Source of the DNA: Macrostomum lignano
Lineage: Eukaryota
Assembly (NCBI GenBank): GCA_002269645.1
Contig: NIVC01001839.1
Location: forward strand, 91,595-155,594
Length of the DNA: 64,000 nt
Direction: 5' to 3'
In this document: positions 63,833 through 64,000 of the stretch, one piece after another
Numbering within the stretch: position 1 is the stretch's first letter
Layout: each line of letters opens with the position of its first letter
Made by a program: the position numbers and the translations under genes
Notes under the pieces: model-generated
The model's input: the letters and a program-made list of their open reading frames with translations, nothing else
Database searches by the model: none
What the model was told of the DNA's origin: nothing

Positions 63833-63981
63833 TAGTATTATTAGTATTCTTCGAATTTCAACTGTGGCTAATGCTGTTAGTTTATATTAACTTTGCCAAG
63901 TATTTCTTTGTGCATTATGACGAAATGTATGTGAATCAGCTAGAGAATCTAGCACTGCACCTTTCCATTCTCCTAAAATAG

Positions 63982-64000
63982 GATCCCGTGGTGCTAGCCT
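63982..64000 (+). CDS. POLE: POLE coding exon 6 (partial, start of the exonuclease domain)
   Basis: AAATAG|GAT CCC GTG GTG CTA GCC T gives DPVVLA(F), identical to human DPVVLAFDIET; truncated by the window end. Confidence 0.85.

Overview
Repeat-rich eukaryotic (metazoan) genomic DNA with GT-AG introns and no prokaryotic features. GC-rich, Ala-rich exons with minisatellite-filled introns suggest a free-living flatworm such as Macrostomum; this is inference and unverified. Three host genes: (1) a single-coding-exon rhodopsin-class peptide GPCR (myosuppressin/sex-peptide-receptor-like, minus strand, 5482-6801); (2) a complete 7-coding-exon lethal(2) giant larvae (lgl/LLGL) gene (minus strand, ATG 52470 to stop 29681; spliced CDS 3897 nt, 1298 aa, all intron phases consistent); (3) the 5' part of DNA polymerase epsilon catalytic subunit (POLE, plus strand, from 57488, running off the window end), head-to-head with lgl. 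Mobile elements: an intact, very young Mag-type Ty3/Gypsy element (13366-18219; 282-bp LTRs that look identical; GATAG target-site duplication) inside a 34-bp satellite; a decayed RT+RNase H non-LTR element; a MITE-like hairpin; and a tRNA-derived SINE with a MIR-like CORE domain. About 25 tandem arrays explain most ORF-track entries. The most unusual signals are a 22-bp satellite whose unit reads branch point-AG|GTGA in lgl sense and forms an inverted pair in lgl intron 1, other arrays that look like amplified splice sites, a gag start codon overlapping the primer-binding site, and a possible relic LTR in the Gypsy 3' UTR.
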